Positions 54,592 to 62,998 of a DNA stretch of 64,000 nt are shown one piece after another; position 1 is the stretch's first letter, and each line of letters begins with the position of its first letter. Source of the stretch: a virus (lineage: Duplodnaviria > Caudoviricetes); IMG/VR virus record IMGVR_UViG_3300024346_000003. One strand, given 5' to 3'. The translations under genes and the position numbers were made by a program. The notes below the pieces were generated by a model. It was given only the letters and a program-made list of their open reading frames with translations. It made no database searches and was not told the origin of the DNA.

Positions 54592-54678
54592 AGGAGGGGG
54601 TGGGACTCGAACCCACACACCACTAGGGCCTACGGTTTTCAAAACCGCCAAGCTTAGACCGACTGCTCTTACCCCTCC
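54592..54678 (-). tRNA. tRNA-Ser(TGA)
   Basis: GCGGT-TTTGAAA-ACCGT, long variable arm. Confidence 0.85.
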
Positions 54679-54689
54679 ATTTTTAAATA

Positions 54690-54782
54690 ATAAGGCTACA
54701 GCCTTATAATGTTATAATATAAGGCTACAGCCTTATAACCTTATAACGTTATAATATAAGGTTATAACCTTATAACGTTATA
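54690..54782. repeat. Tandem palindromic TTATAA / AAGGCTACAGCCTT repeats
   Basis: TAAGGCTACAGCCTTATAA twice and CCTTATAACGTTA twice. Confidence 0.7.
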
Positions 54783-54786
54783 TTAG

Positions 54787-54857
54787 CACGACTAGTAGGA
54801 TTCGAACCCACATCAAGGGATTTGGAATCCCGTATGCTACCATTGCACCATAGTCGT
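54787..54857 (-). tRNA. tRNA-Trp(CCA)
   Basis: CGGGA-TTCCAAA-TCCCT. Confidence 0.88.
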
Positions 54858-54874
54858 GTATTTTACTTACCAAT

Positions 54875-54886
54875 ATGTCAAAGAAC
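54875..54886 (-). promoter_or_regulatory. boxA-like antitermination signal
   Basis: GTTCTTTGACAT, identical to 22400-22411. Confidence 0.45.
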
Positions 54887-54893
54887 CTTTGTT

Positions 54894-54977
54894 GGTGTCT
54901 GACGGGAATTGAACCCGCATGTCGTAAGACCCCTGTTTCACAGACAGGTGTGGCAAACTAATATCCACCTCAGACAC
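54894..54977 (-). tRNA. tRNA-His(GTG) with enlarged (13-nt) variable region
   Basis: CCTGT-CTGTGAA-ACAGG. Confidence 0.75.
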
Positions 54978-54979
54978 AG

Positions 54980-55054
54980 CTCCCCAGACAGGATTCGAAC
55001 CTGTAACCCCTCGATTAACAGTCGAGTGCTCTAACCAGTTGTAGCTACTGGGGA
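54980..55054 (-). tRNA. tRNA-Asn(GTT)
   Basis: CTCGA-CTGTTAA-TCGAG. Confidence 0.92.
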
Positions 55055-55224
55055 ATGTTAATGGTGACAAATATTGTTACTTTGCCACCCTTCTTTTCAA
55101 ATTTAAGATTACCGTTGTAACCCATTTCTTTTGCTTTCGCATTGTATTCGTCATAAATCTTATCGAAGTCCTTTTGGAAGTCTGAGACTTTTACAGTTCC
55201 TAATGTTCTTACTAATTTTTCCAT
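55045..55224 (-). CDS. Small hypothetical protein, first gene after attenuator D
   Basis: MEKLVRTLGTVKV... starts just after the terminator. Confidence 0.5.
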   Translation of the reverse strand: MEKLVRTLGTVKVSDFQKDFDKIYDEYNAKAKEMGYNGNLKFEKKGGKVTIFVTINIPQ

Positions 55225-55238
55225 AATTTTTATGACAT

Positions 55239-55272
55239 AAAAAAACCCAACTCTATTTCTAGGTCGGGTTTC
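55239..55272 (-). terminator. Attenuator terminator, tRNA operon D
   Basis: AACCCGAC-CTAGAAATAGA-GTTGGGTT followed by a U tract. Confidence 0.88.
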
Positions 55273-55294
55273 TGATTTTATTAAATTCTTATTT

Positions 55295-55393
55295 TTAGAA
55301 CTCAATGATATCGCTGAACATACCAGACCTAGTTTGTAGACTATTACGTCTCCAATTACTAATCGACATTCTATGTATGTTATTTGTTATCAT
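55295..55393 (-). CDS. Attenuator leader peptide D (Asn/His/Trp/Ser/Ile/Met/Arg sensor), 32 aa
   Basis: MITNNIHRMSISNWRRNSLQTRSGMFSDIIEF; codons 4-18 all N/I/H/R/M/S/W. Confidence 0.85.
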   Translation of the reverse strand: MITNNIHRMSISNWRRNSLQTRSGMFSDIIEF

Positions 55394-55428
55394 TGTGTTT
55401 TTTTATTCGTGTATTAATTAAATATATG

Positions 55429-55459
55429 CAAATATACTAAAAGTTTTTTTATTTGTCAA
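55429..55459 (-). promoter_or_regulatory. Promoter of tRNA operon D
   Basis: TTGACA...TATATTTG shared block; 5' UTR nearly identical to operon B. Confidence 0.8.
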
Positions 55460-55490
55460 GTATTTTTAATTTTTATTTTAATTTTTTTTA

Positions 55491-56417
55491 TTAATCACCA
55501 TCTGGACCGTCATCTTTTAGTCTACCCCAAAGTTCGTTAGAAATATCATTTTCAAAATTTTCAACCGATTTAACGACATTCGGTATTGCTATTTTTTTCA
55601 TTTCATCAGTTAACTTATATTCTTGTCCACTAGTACAATCAATATATTTAATTTCTATGATTTTCTCTAGTGCAAACTCTGCTTCTGGATATTCTTCTGG
55701 ACTACCCCCATGATAACCCCACGATGCTGCCCTATATGAACCAGTAATTTTAAAATAAAAAGTAACAAGAGCTTTTAAATAGAAACAACTACTATCTGTT
55801 TCAGTATAGGTATATTCAATTTCTAATTCTGAATCGTCATAACCGTGGTTAAATTCTACAATATTATAACTATCCATTTCAAATTGTTCTAATTTAAAAA
55901 TTTCTTCTGGAATAAACATTTGTTCGTTTCCATCTTCACTTAATTCGTTATATTGTAAATCAGTTGGTTCGATTTCTGGGTTGATACCATATTGTTGTTT
56001 TCTATCTTCTAATTCCCAATCTTCATTATCATTTTCACTCAAACTTGAAGTCCCATTTATTATATTGACAACAATATTCGCTTTTTTAATCGCCCCTTCA
56101 ATATTACCCGCTTCTAAAAATTCACTAACTGAGTTAATACCACCATCAAATACACCACCATAACCATAAGCGAATTGGTTATCGAATTCCTCGAATCTTT
56201 TACCCATTTTTATTTCAAGCATTGTGTTAATTAACTCTTTAGCAACCCTTTCATAATCACCATTGTATTCAGTCATCCAAGATTGTATTTTAGATTCGTT
56301 ATCAGCGGCTAATCCACCACTAATATCTTCACTAATCAATCCCTTAGATTGTAGATATCTTTGTTCAGCTAATTTATTAGCTTTTCTAATATTATCTTTT
56401 TTATCAAATCTTCTCAT
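55491..56417 (-). CDS. Hypothetical acidic protein with shared MRRFDKK N-terminal module
   Basis: First about 31 aa shared with two neighbours. Confidence 0.7.
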   Translation of the reverse strand: MRRFDKKDNIRKANKLAEQRYLQSKGLISEDISGGLAADNESKIQSWMTEYNGDYERVAKELINTMLEIKMGKRFEEFDNQFAYGYGGVFDGGINSVSEFLEAGNIEGAIKKANIVVNIINGTSSLSENDNEDWELEDRKQQYGINPEIEPTDLQYNELSEDGNEQMFIPEEIFKLEQFEMDSYNIVEFNHGYDDSELEIEYTYTETDSSCFYLKALVTFYFKITGSYRAASWGYHGGSPEEYPEAEFALEKIIEIKYIDCTSGQEYKLTDEMKKIAIPNVVKSVENFENDISNELWGRLKDDGPDGD

Positions 56418-56427
56418 TTTTGTATTT

Positions 56428-57423
56428 TTAATTTGGATTTATAAATTCAGCAAATTCGCCAGGATTTAAACCAGCTGGTGCTACATTTTTATTTAAGTAA
56501 GAGAATTTTTTATTTTGACCATCAATTTGCATAGTACATCTAATATAAGAGATTTTACTTAAATCCAAAGATTTGAATTCATATGCATTTTCTAGTGCAA
56601 ATATTTCTTGAGCCGCTTCTTGGTTTTCAATATCCAATAATCTTTTAGGCATTTTAGCACTGTATGATTTAGGTGATAAACTAAAAACAAAATTAACTTC
56701 TTCTGGTGTTAGTTCAGCTATATCACCTTGGTAGTTTAAGAAATATTTAGTTTCACCTTTTTTAACCCCAACTTTTTTAGCATATATTGCCAATCTTTTT
56801 GTTTCAGTACCTTGGTGTTGTTGGAATGGTGTTCCCATAACTTCTTCCCATCCACTACCTCTTTTATCATTCGTATCGATTTCACCACCATCTGGCCATT
56901 GTAAACCATGTTTATCATAGGCACTTTTAACTTCAGCATCTTTATCAGCTTTATTTTTAATATTACCCCACTGTATAGTAAAACTTTTAGTTGTGTATAC
57001 TTTAGATGGTATTTTAACACCACCTTCTGTTTTAGCAGCAAATGGACTTTTAAAATTTTTACCAGCACCTTTATTTTTAGTCCAATCCTCTGAAGATATC
57101 ATATTTGTAAAAGCTGGGTTGTTTAATTTTCTAGCAATATCTTCCAAACCTTGCATATCTTCATTTTTAACTGTAACACTTAAGTCAGCATTATTCACAT
57201 ACCCAACAGTCATAAACCAACTATTATTTGGTTGGTATTTTGAAAACATTTTAAGTAATGTTTCAACATTATCAGTTACATCACCAAAAAACTCAGACAT
57301 TGAAGTTCTTTCAACTTCATTAAGTTCATCATTTTCATTAATTAAACCCTTAGATTGTAGATATCTTTGCTCAGCTAATAAATTAACTTTTCTAATGTTA
57401 TCGTTTTTATCAAATCTTCTCAT
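56428..57423 (-). CDS. Hypothetical protein with shared MRRFDKN N-terminal module
   Basis: As above. Confidence 0.7.
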   Translation of the reverse strand: MRRFDKNDNIRKVNLLAEQRYLQSKGLINENDELNEVERTSMSEFFGDVTDNVETLLKMFSKYQPNNSWFMTVGYVNNADLSVTVKNEDMQGLEDIARKLNNPAFTNMISSEDWTKNKGAGKNFKSPFAAKTEGGVKIPSKVYTTKSFTIQWGNIKNKADKDAEVKSAYDKHGLQWPDGGEIDTNDKRGSGWEEVMGTPFQQHQGTETKRLAIYAKKVGVKKGETKYFLNYQGDIAELTPEEVNFVFSLSPKSYSAKMPKRLLDIENQEAAQEIFALENAYEFKSLDLSKISYIRCTMQIDGQNKKFSYLNKNVAPAGLNPGEFAEFINPN

Positions 57424-57435
57424 TTTATTTTTTAT

Positions 57436-58308
57436 TTACCATGTTTTATACATTGTTAATTCGTACCTACCACTAGGCATTCTGTAAATTGATACACGTA
57501 TATATCTATTAGCTTCATTACCTCTTTTATCCAGGATTGGTTCTCCATTCTGTAATAATGGGATATTTGCTGACTTCTCAGTTTCATATGATATCCCACC
57601 AGTACCAAAATTAGTCCAAATTGTCTGCTCATCAACTTCAAACCCTAATTGCGCTGCTTTTTGTCTAACAGCATCCAATACTTCACTTAAAGTTTCAAAG
57701 TATGTATCATTACCATCTTCATGTAAACTACTCTGAGCACCCTTAACAATAGAATCAGCAAAACTTGGTTTACTAAATTGACTTTCTACATTATCTTCAC
57801 TTAATCCGTAATTATGTTTGTATGAATCATAATCTTCTTGATTATTCCACGAATCCCACATATCATTCATATTCTTATCTTCTTTATCGGTCCATTCTTG
57901 ATTTGGGTGATTCATGTTTGATTTAAGCATAACAACATTATTGTTATCCATTTTTGATTGTTCAGCGAATGTTGTTAATTTTTTCAATAATTCAATTTCT
58001 CTTTGGTAATCAAATGAGGTTAAATCACTGGCACCTTCAATAGCATCTTGAAGACCTATTTTAGCTGTTTGTATCCCATTAATTAATTCAGAAAGAGATA
58101 TTTCCTCATCTTCCCTAATGTCAAAACCAAATTTATAAAGAATACCATAATCATCATAACCTATTTCAATTATTGGACTATTTGCTGATGGTCTATCAGC
58201 ATATTGTAGCGTTAAATCTTCACTAATTAAACCTTTAGATTGTAGATATCTTTGTTCAGCTAATAAATTAGCTTTTCTAATGTTATCTTTTTTATCAAAT
58301 CTTCTCAT
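57436..58308 (-). CDS. Hypothetical protein with shared MRRFDKK N-terminal module
   Basis: As above. Confidence 0.7.
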   Translation of the reverse strand: MRRFDKKDNIRKANLLAEQRYLQSKGLISEDLTLQYADRPSANSPIIEIGYDDYGILYKFGFDIREDEEISLSELINGIQTAKIGLQDAIEGASDLTSFDYQREIELLKKLTTFAEQSKMDNNNVVMLKSNMNHPNQEWTDKEDKNMNDMWDSWNNQEDYDSYKHNYGLSEDNVESQFSKPSFADSIVKGAQSSLHEDGNDTYFETLSEVLDAVRQKAAQLGFEVDEQTIWTNFGTGGISYETEKSANIPLLQNGEPILDKRGNEANRYIRVSIYRMPSGRYELTMYKTW

Positions 58309-58946
58309 TACAATAAGTTTCTAAACATTTCGTCAATTTTCCATTTAGGCATATCTAAATCCATGCTGAATAGAATATTTCTTATTTTCTCTTCTTCTTC
58401 TCTTTGTTCGTTAACATAACCTAGAGCAAATGAATATGTATCATTGTCATCTTCACCTTTAGCTTTATTAGCAATATCGTTCCAATTCTTAGTAACTTTC
58501 ATTTCATGCTCTAACGCTTTTGCAACAACGTCTCTAACATTATTAAAGTTAACTGGAACATTTTTAACATTAGGTACAATTGCTTTAGCATTTTTTTCAT
58601 AAAGATATGTGTATATTTTTGACATATGACCTAATTCTTCATCTGCATATTTAAAGAAAAGTGCAGAACCACCAATCCAACCTTCGTCATCTAACCATGC
58701 ACTAAATGCACGATATACTTGAGATGAGTAAAGTTCATTCTCGATTTGCTTATTTAAAATAGCTGTAATACCATTACTCAATCTAGCTTTTTGTTCGATA
58801 GAGTTCTTTTTAACTGCTTCTACAATAATTTCAGCATCATCATTTCTTTTAATTTTATTAAAAGTGTTTACAAAACTTTCCAACATAGCATTTTTAACTT
58901 CGTTTGCTTGTTCTTGTCTTTTAGTTTCTGATATAATTTTTTTCAT
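58308..58946 (-). CDS. Non-heme ferritin with N-terminal extension
   Basis: LNKQIENELYSSQVY, ADEELGHM, ALEHEMKVT, YVNEQREEE. Confidence 0.85.
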   Translation of the reverse strand: MKKIISETKRQEQANEVKNAMLESFVNTFNKIKRNDDAEIIVEAVKKNSIEQKARLSNGITAILNKQIENELYSSQVYRAFSAWLDDEGWIGGSALFFKYADEELGHMSKIYTYLYEKNAKAIVPNVKNVPVNFNNVRDVVAKALEHEMKVTKNWNDIANKAKGEDDNDTYSFALGYVNEQREEEEKIRNILFSMDLDMPKWKIDEMFRNLL

Positions 58947-58980
58947 GATATACTTTTAATTATAAATATCTTAAATTAAC

Positions 58981-59004
58981 AAAAAAACCACCCGAAGGTG
59001 GTTT
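58981..59004 (-). terminator. Intrinsic terminator after CCA enzyme
   Basis: AAACCACC-TTCG-GGTGGTTT followed by a U tract. Confidence 0.8.
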
Positions 59005-59005
59005 A

Positions 59006-60184
59006 TTATATTAGATTTTTGAATTTATCAACCTCAATAGCATTTATCGCTTGACCCACTTCAGGACCATCTTTTTGTAGATTATACTTTTCTTTAGCTT
59101 CTGGTCCAGAGGTCATTGGTAATTTTAAGTATTCCTCAAAGGAATCTAACAATTGTGAACTTATACCCATATTGGCACCAAAGTTTCTTAATTGGTCACT
59201 TGATAATCCAGATTTACCAAATAAAGCTTTTAATTTCGGTGCTGTGTCAATGTTCAAATTAACCATAGCGATTAATGTTGTTATCTTTTTAACTTCATCA
59301 GCACTGTATTTTAACTCATTTAGTTTTTTAGCTAACGGCATTAATTCATTTTTAGATAATAATATCGCAATCAATACAAGTGGGTCATCGTTATCTATAA
59401 ATCTTTTATTTACATTTAAACCTTTAAACACCCAAGAGAATAATTCATATTTATCAATCATCTCAAGAAATTGTTTAGTTGATTTAGCCGATGCTAACCC
59501 TTTAATAAATTCATCTCTAATTCTTTCACCAGAAATACCTTCAAGACTTGCATCTTTCATTAAAGCCGCATCAACTGCTGGGTCTAAATCAGAACCGAAT
59601 CTACCAGCAAATCTAATAGCTCTAAGTATTCTTAATCTATCTTCAGTAAATCTATCTTCTGGCGAACCTACAGTTCTAACAATACCATTTTTAAGGTCAT
59701 TAATACCACCTACTAAGTCAACAACCTCACCAGATTCAATATCGTAGAATAACGCATTAATTGTTAGGTCCCTTCTTTTAACATCACCCTCAATATCAGT
59801 AAATGATACAGCATCTGGTCTTCTACCGCCAGATAAATCTTCCCTGAAAGTGGCCACTTCGTATTCACCTTGGTCAGTAAATACGTTAATTACACCAAAT
59901 GCTTTACCTGTTGGTAATGTTTTTAACCCAGCTTTGGTCATCATATCTTCAACTTTATCTGGAACAGCATCAGTAGCGAGGTCATAATCTTTAGGTGTTT
60001 TACCTAATAATGCATCTCTAACCGCACCACCAACAACATATAATTTATGTCCGTTTTTAACGAATATATCTTTTATTTGTTGAATATCACTAGGTATTGG
60101 GATAGACATTTTAATTCTATCTTCGTTAATAATACCTTCTCTTAATATTTGTTTAATAGTTTGTTTCATAATGCAAATATACAT
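59006..60184 (-). CDS. CCA-adding enzyme / tRNA nucleotidyltransferase (class II)
   Basis: VVGGAVRD, DYDLAT, EVATFR, RRDLTINAL, EDRLRILRAIRF, ERIRDE. Confidence 0.9.
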   Translation of the reverse strand: MYICIMKQTIKQILREGIINEDRIKMSIPIPSDIQQIKDIFVKNGHKLYVVGGAVRDALLGKTPKDYDLATDAVPDKVEDMMTKAGLKTLPTGKAFGVINVFTDQGEYEVATFREDLSGGRRPDAVSFTDIEGDVKRRDLTINALFYDIESGEVVDLVGGINDLKNGIVRTVGSPEDRFTEDRLRILRAIRFAGRFGSDLDPAVDAALMKDASLEGISGERIRDEFIKGLASAKSTKQFLEMIDKYELFSWVFKGLNVNKRFIDNDDPLVLIAILLSKNELMPLAKKLNELKYSADEVKKITTLIAMVNLNIDTAPKLKALFGKSGLSSDQLRNFGANMGISSQLLDSFEEYLKLPMTSGPEAKEKYNLQKDGPEVGQAINAIEVDKFKNLI

Positions 60185-60223
60185 ACTTTATTTCATATAA
60201 CCAAATTATATCGTTCCTTTTAA

Positions 60224-61417
60224 TTAATGTACTAATAAAAATGTTTTATGAACATCCATTCTTTGTGCTGCAATATCACTATCACCAGTTGGTAATACAA
60301 TTACATCATATTTAAATTTTTCATCTTCTTTAGCTGGTAATTCATATTGATATTTAAGTCTATCTAATGGTACGTTATATTGTTTAGAAACCCTTCTCTT
60401 TAATTCTTCAGCACCACCTTTAATAAAATTAGGTAAACCTGTTGCTGGGTTTATATCATATTTTTTAGCTTTACCTGTTTCTGAGTCAACACCTTTGGTA
60501 AATAAATCAGTAAACATTTTATTACCTTCTGTATCTACTCTTTGAACGATATCCGAATACTTTGTTTTTTCTAAATCAACTTGTCTCAATTCTCTTTCAT
60601 GTGAACCTTTAGAAAAATTCATAATGAATTCATCATCTGATAAGTTTACATATTTTGCTTGTTTTGTATAAGCATAAGATTTAATATCAAACCCAGAGGC
60701 TAATAAATCCGCAGTAACTCTTTTAGCAATATCAAAATACTTATCACTAAAGAAATCACCAGCATCATTCCATCTAATAACTAATTGGTCAACTTGTCCT
60801 TCTCTTCTACCTTGTCTTTTTAATTTTACAGCTAGTGGTTCAAGTTCATCCATAATCATATTGTAGTATTCTTCTGGGTTATTCCAAAGTAAGTTAAGTC
60901 TTCTCATTAATTTAAGAATCTTACCATCATTCATACCATAAAAACCTTTTCTAGCGTAACAAACTAATTGACAAGCACCAGCACCAGGACATGTATTAAT
61001 ATGTTTGAATTGGCCATCACTTTCGTCATATACAATACCATTTATAGCTGGTAAACCAGTATTAACTGTAAATTGTGATTTACCTTTATCACTTTTTTCC
61101 ATTTTAGGGTTTTTATCAAAAATGGTTTGGGGTGTTGCTGTTATAAGTGATTTAAATTTATCAACATCTAATTCACCGTCTTTAGTTAAAACTTGTTTGA
61201 TTTGTTTTGTATGATAAATAACATCTTTCTTAGCACGACTATCTCGGTCTTTAGCTGAGACACCTAATCTATTTATCTCTTTGTTCATGTCATCAGCTAA
61301 TGATTGTGGTGTCACACATTTAGTTATTGCATCTGGGTGGTCTTCGGCACCCTCATTAATTAACGTATTGTAATAAACGCTAATTAATGATTCATTTAGT
61401 AATTCATGTATATTCAT
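60224..61417 (-). CDS. Gp88-like phage protein (CxxxxxCxxxC cluster)
   Basis: TCPGAGACQLVCYARKG, IRWNDAGDFFS, YAYTK. Confidence 0.65.
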   Translation of the reverse strand: MNIHELLNESLISVYYNTLINEGAEDHPDAITKCVTPQSLADDMNKEINRLGVSAKDRDSRAKKDVIYHTKQIKQVLTKDGELDVDKFKSLITATPQTIFDKNPKMEKSDKGKSQFTVNTGLPAINGIVYDESDGQFKHINTCPGAGACQLVCYARKGFYGMNDGKILKLMRRLNLLWNNPEEYYNMIMDELEPLAVKLKRQGRREGQVDQLVIRWNDAGDFFSDKYFDIAKRVTADLLASGFDIKSYAYTKQAKYVNLSDDEFIMNFSKGSHERELRQVDLEKTKYSDIVQRVDTEGNKMFTDLFTKGVDSETGKAKKYDINPATGLPNFIKGGAEELKRRVSKQYNVPLDRLKYQYELPAKEDEKFKYDVIVLPTGDSDIAAQRMDVHKTFLLVH

Positions 61418-61432
61418 ATTAATAAATATGTA

Positions 61433-62998
61433 TTATAATGTCATTGTTATATTTCCGTGTGGGTCTTCACTCACTTTTTTAAACCCATAATGTTTTTCCA
61501 TTGTATTTGCTAATGAATTATTAACAACATTCAACATAAATGTATAATTATCACCCCTTAATTGTTTCATCTTCTTGTATTTTTCAACAACACCATCGAT
61601 TAATTTTTGTGATAAACCTATTTTTCTGTATTCTGGGTCAATAATCATATGTGGACTAAATGCACCAGAAGTTTCAATCCAAGTTGCACCAACCAATCGA
61701 CCAGTTTCATCATCATATAGAATTTCAAATGGGTCAGCTGAACCAAAACTAATTTCACTAGTAGTTCTTAAGGTATTTGCTTGGTTATCTAAGGAATCAT
61801 ATAGGTCATCATCATCAATATTTACCAATTCAGATTTAACTATACCCTCATTTATATTTGGTTTATATGGTTCACCATTATCCAACCCATATTCAATAAT
61901 ATCATTATAAGCATTTATGAATTTTTTAGTGTACATATCCACCATAGATGGATTAACTTTTAATTTAACTTCTATTGGGTTTGATGATACTCTTATCACC
62001 TCATCTTCATTTTCACCAGTTAAGATATTAAAGTATTTGTGTTTAAATATAAAATCGTTTTGATTTGATTTAGCAACATATACAACTGGGATTGGGGTTG
62101 ATGCATATTCTTTTTTTGGTAAAATATTTAAAAAGAAATTGTCTTCAGCTTTTAACCCTTTTAAGTGGTGTTTTATAAATTCTTTACTAAGTTTATCAAT
62201 ATTAATATCAATAGCACCTGTAAATTGTTCGGCAATTTTTTCATCTGAAGTCCAACTTTGTATTGGTGTTCTTGGTGTGTATGTGTAATCAATACCTTCT
62301 TTACTTATTTTTAACCCATTTTTCATAAAAAAACTCAATGGTAAATAAGACCCTCTATATACTATTTCAGCATCTGGTATTAAAACTTCTGGATATACTG
62401 ATGCACATTTTTTTAAATTATATATGGCATCTACTAATTTTGAATTGATTCCGACACCAAATTCACTATCACCAAATTGATTTATTAATTTAGCGTATTC
62501 ATCTTCTAACCTAGTATTTTTTTCCTGACCACCAAACTGGTTACCAAATAATTCTTTACCGAATTTATCTAAACAACTAAGATTTTCTCCATTTTCATTT
62601 AGTTGTTTGTTTAATTGTAGTTCCATCTTACCATCATTGGTATCAACAAACCCAAACTTACTATAAAAACTATATAACCCAGCCTTATCAATCCCCTTTG
62701 TATCCATTGGTTCTGGTTCTAGTATTACAGAATTTAAACCTTTTTTAGTTGCATGGTTTATTGCTTTATTCATAAGCAATTTAGCATAACCACTACCTCT
62801 GTATTTATCTAATACATCTAATTGTAATATTTCCATTGTGGTATCCGAATAGGCTAATTCGATATCACCAACCATCTGGTCATTTGAATATAAAGTGATA
62901 ATTTCACCATTTGGTGATTTACTGAATATGAACTTATTATTTGTATAGTTTTCAGATAATAAATGCGTTCTTAATGTATTTTTAATAAATCCTTTCAC
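61433..62998 (-). CDS. GNAT / ADP-ribosyltransferase-like / GNAT multidomain protein
   Basis: YRGSGYAKLL and YRKIGLSQKL (GNAT motif A); central VYRG...SWT...EDE. Confidence 0.6.
   Translation of the reverse strand: MKGFIKNTLRTHLLSENYTNNKFIFSKSPNGEIITLYSNDQMVGDIELAYSDTTMEILQLDVLDKYRGSGYAKLLMNKAINHATKKGLNSVILEPEPMDTKGIDKAGLYSFYSKFGFVDTNDGKMELQLNKQLNENGENLSCLDKFGKELFGNQFGGQEKNTRLEDEYAKLINQFGDSEFGVGINSKLVDAIYNLKKCASVYPEVLIPDAEIVYRGSYLPLSFFMKNGLKISKEGIDYTYTPRTPIQSWTSDEKIAEQFTGAIDINIDKLSKEFIKHHLKGLKAEDNFFLNILPKKEYASTPIPVVYVAKSNQNDFIFKHKYFNILTGENEDEVIRVSSNPIEVKLKVNPSMVDMYTKKFINAYNDIIEYGLDNGEPYKPNINEGIVKSELVNIDDDDLYDSLDNQANTLRTTSEISFGSADPFEILYDDETGRLVGATWIETSGAFSPHMIIDPEYRKIGLSQKLIDGVVEKYKKMKQLRGDNYTFMLNVVNNSLANTMEKHYGFKKVSEDPHGNITMTL

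Noticed and set aside
54867-55305. ORF 54867..55070 and the long start of 55045..55305
   Set aside because: The first overlaps two tRNAs. The second's extension runs through the terminator and overlaps leader D; the start at 55224 is more plausible.
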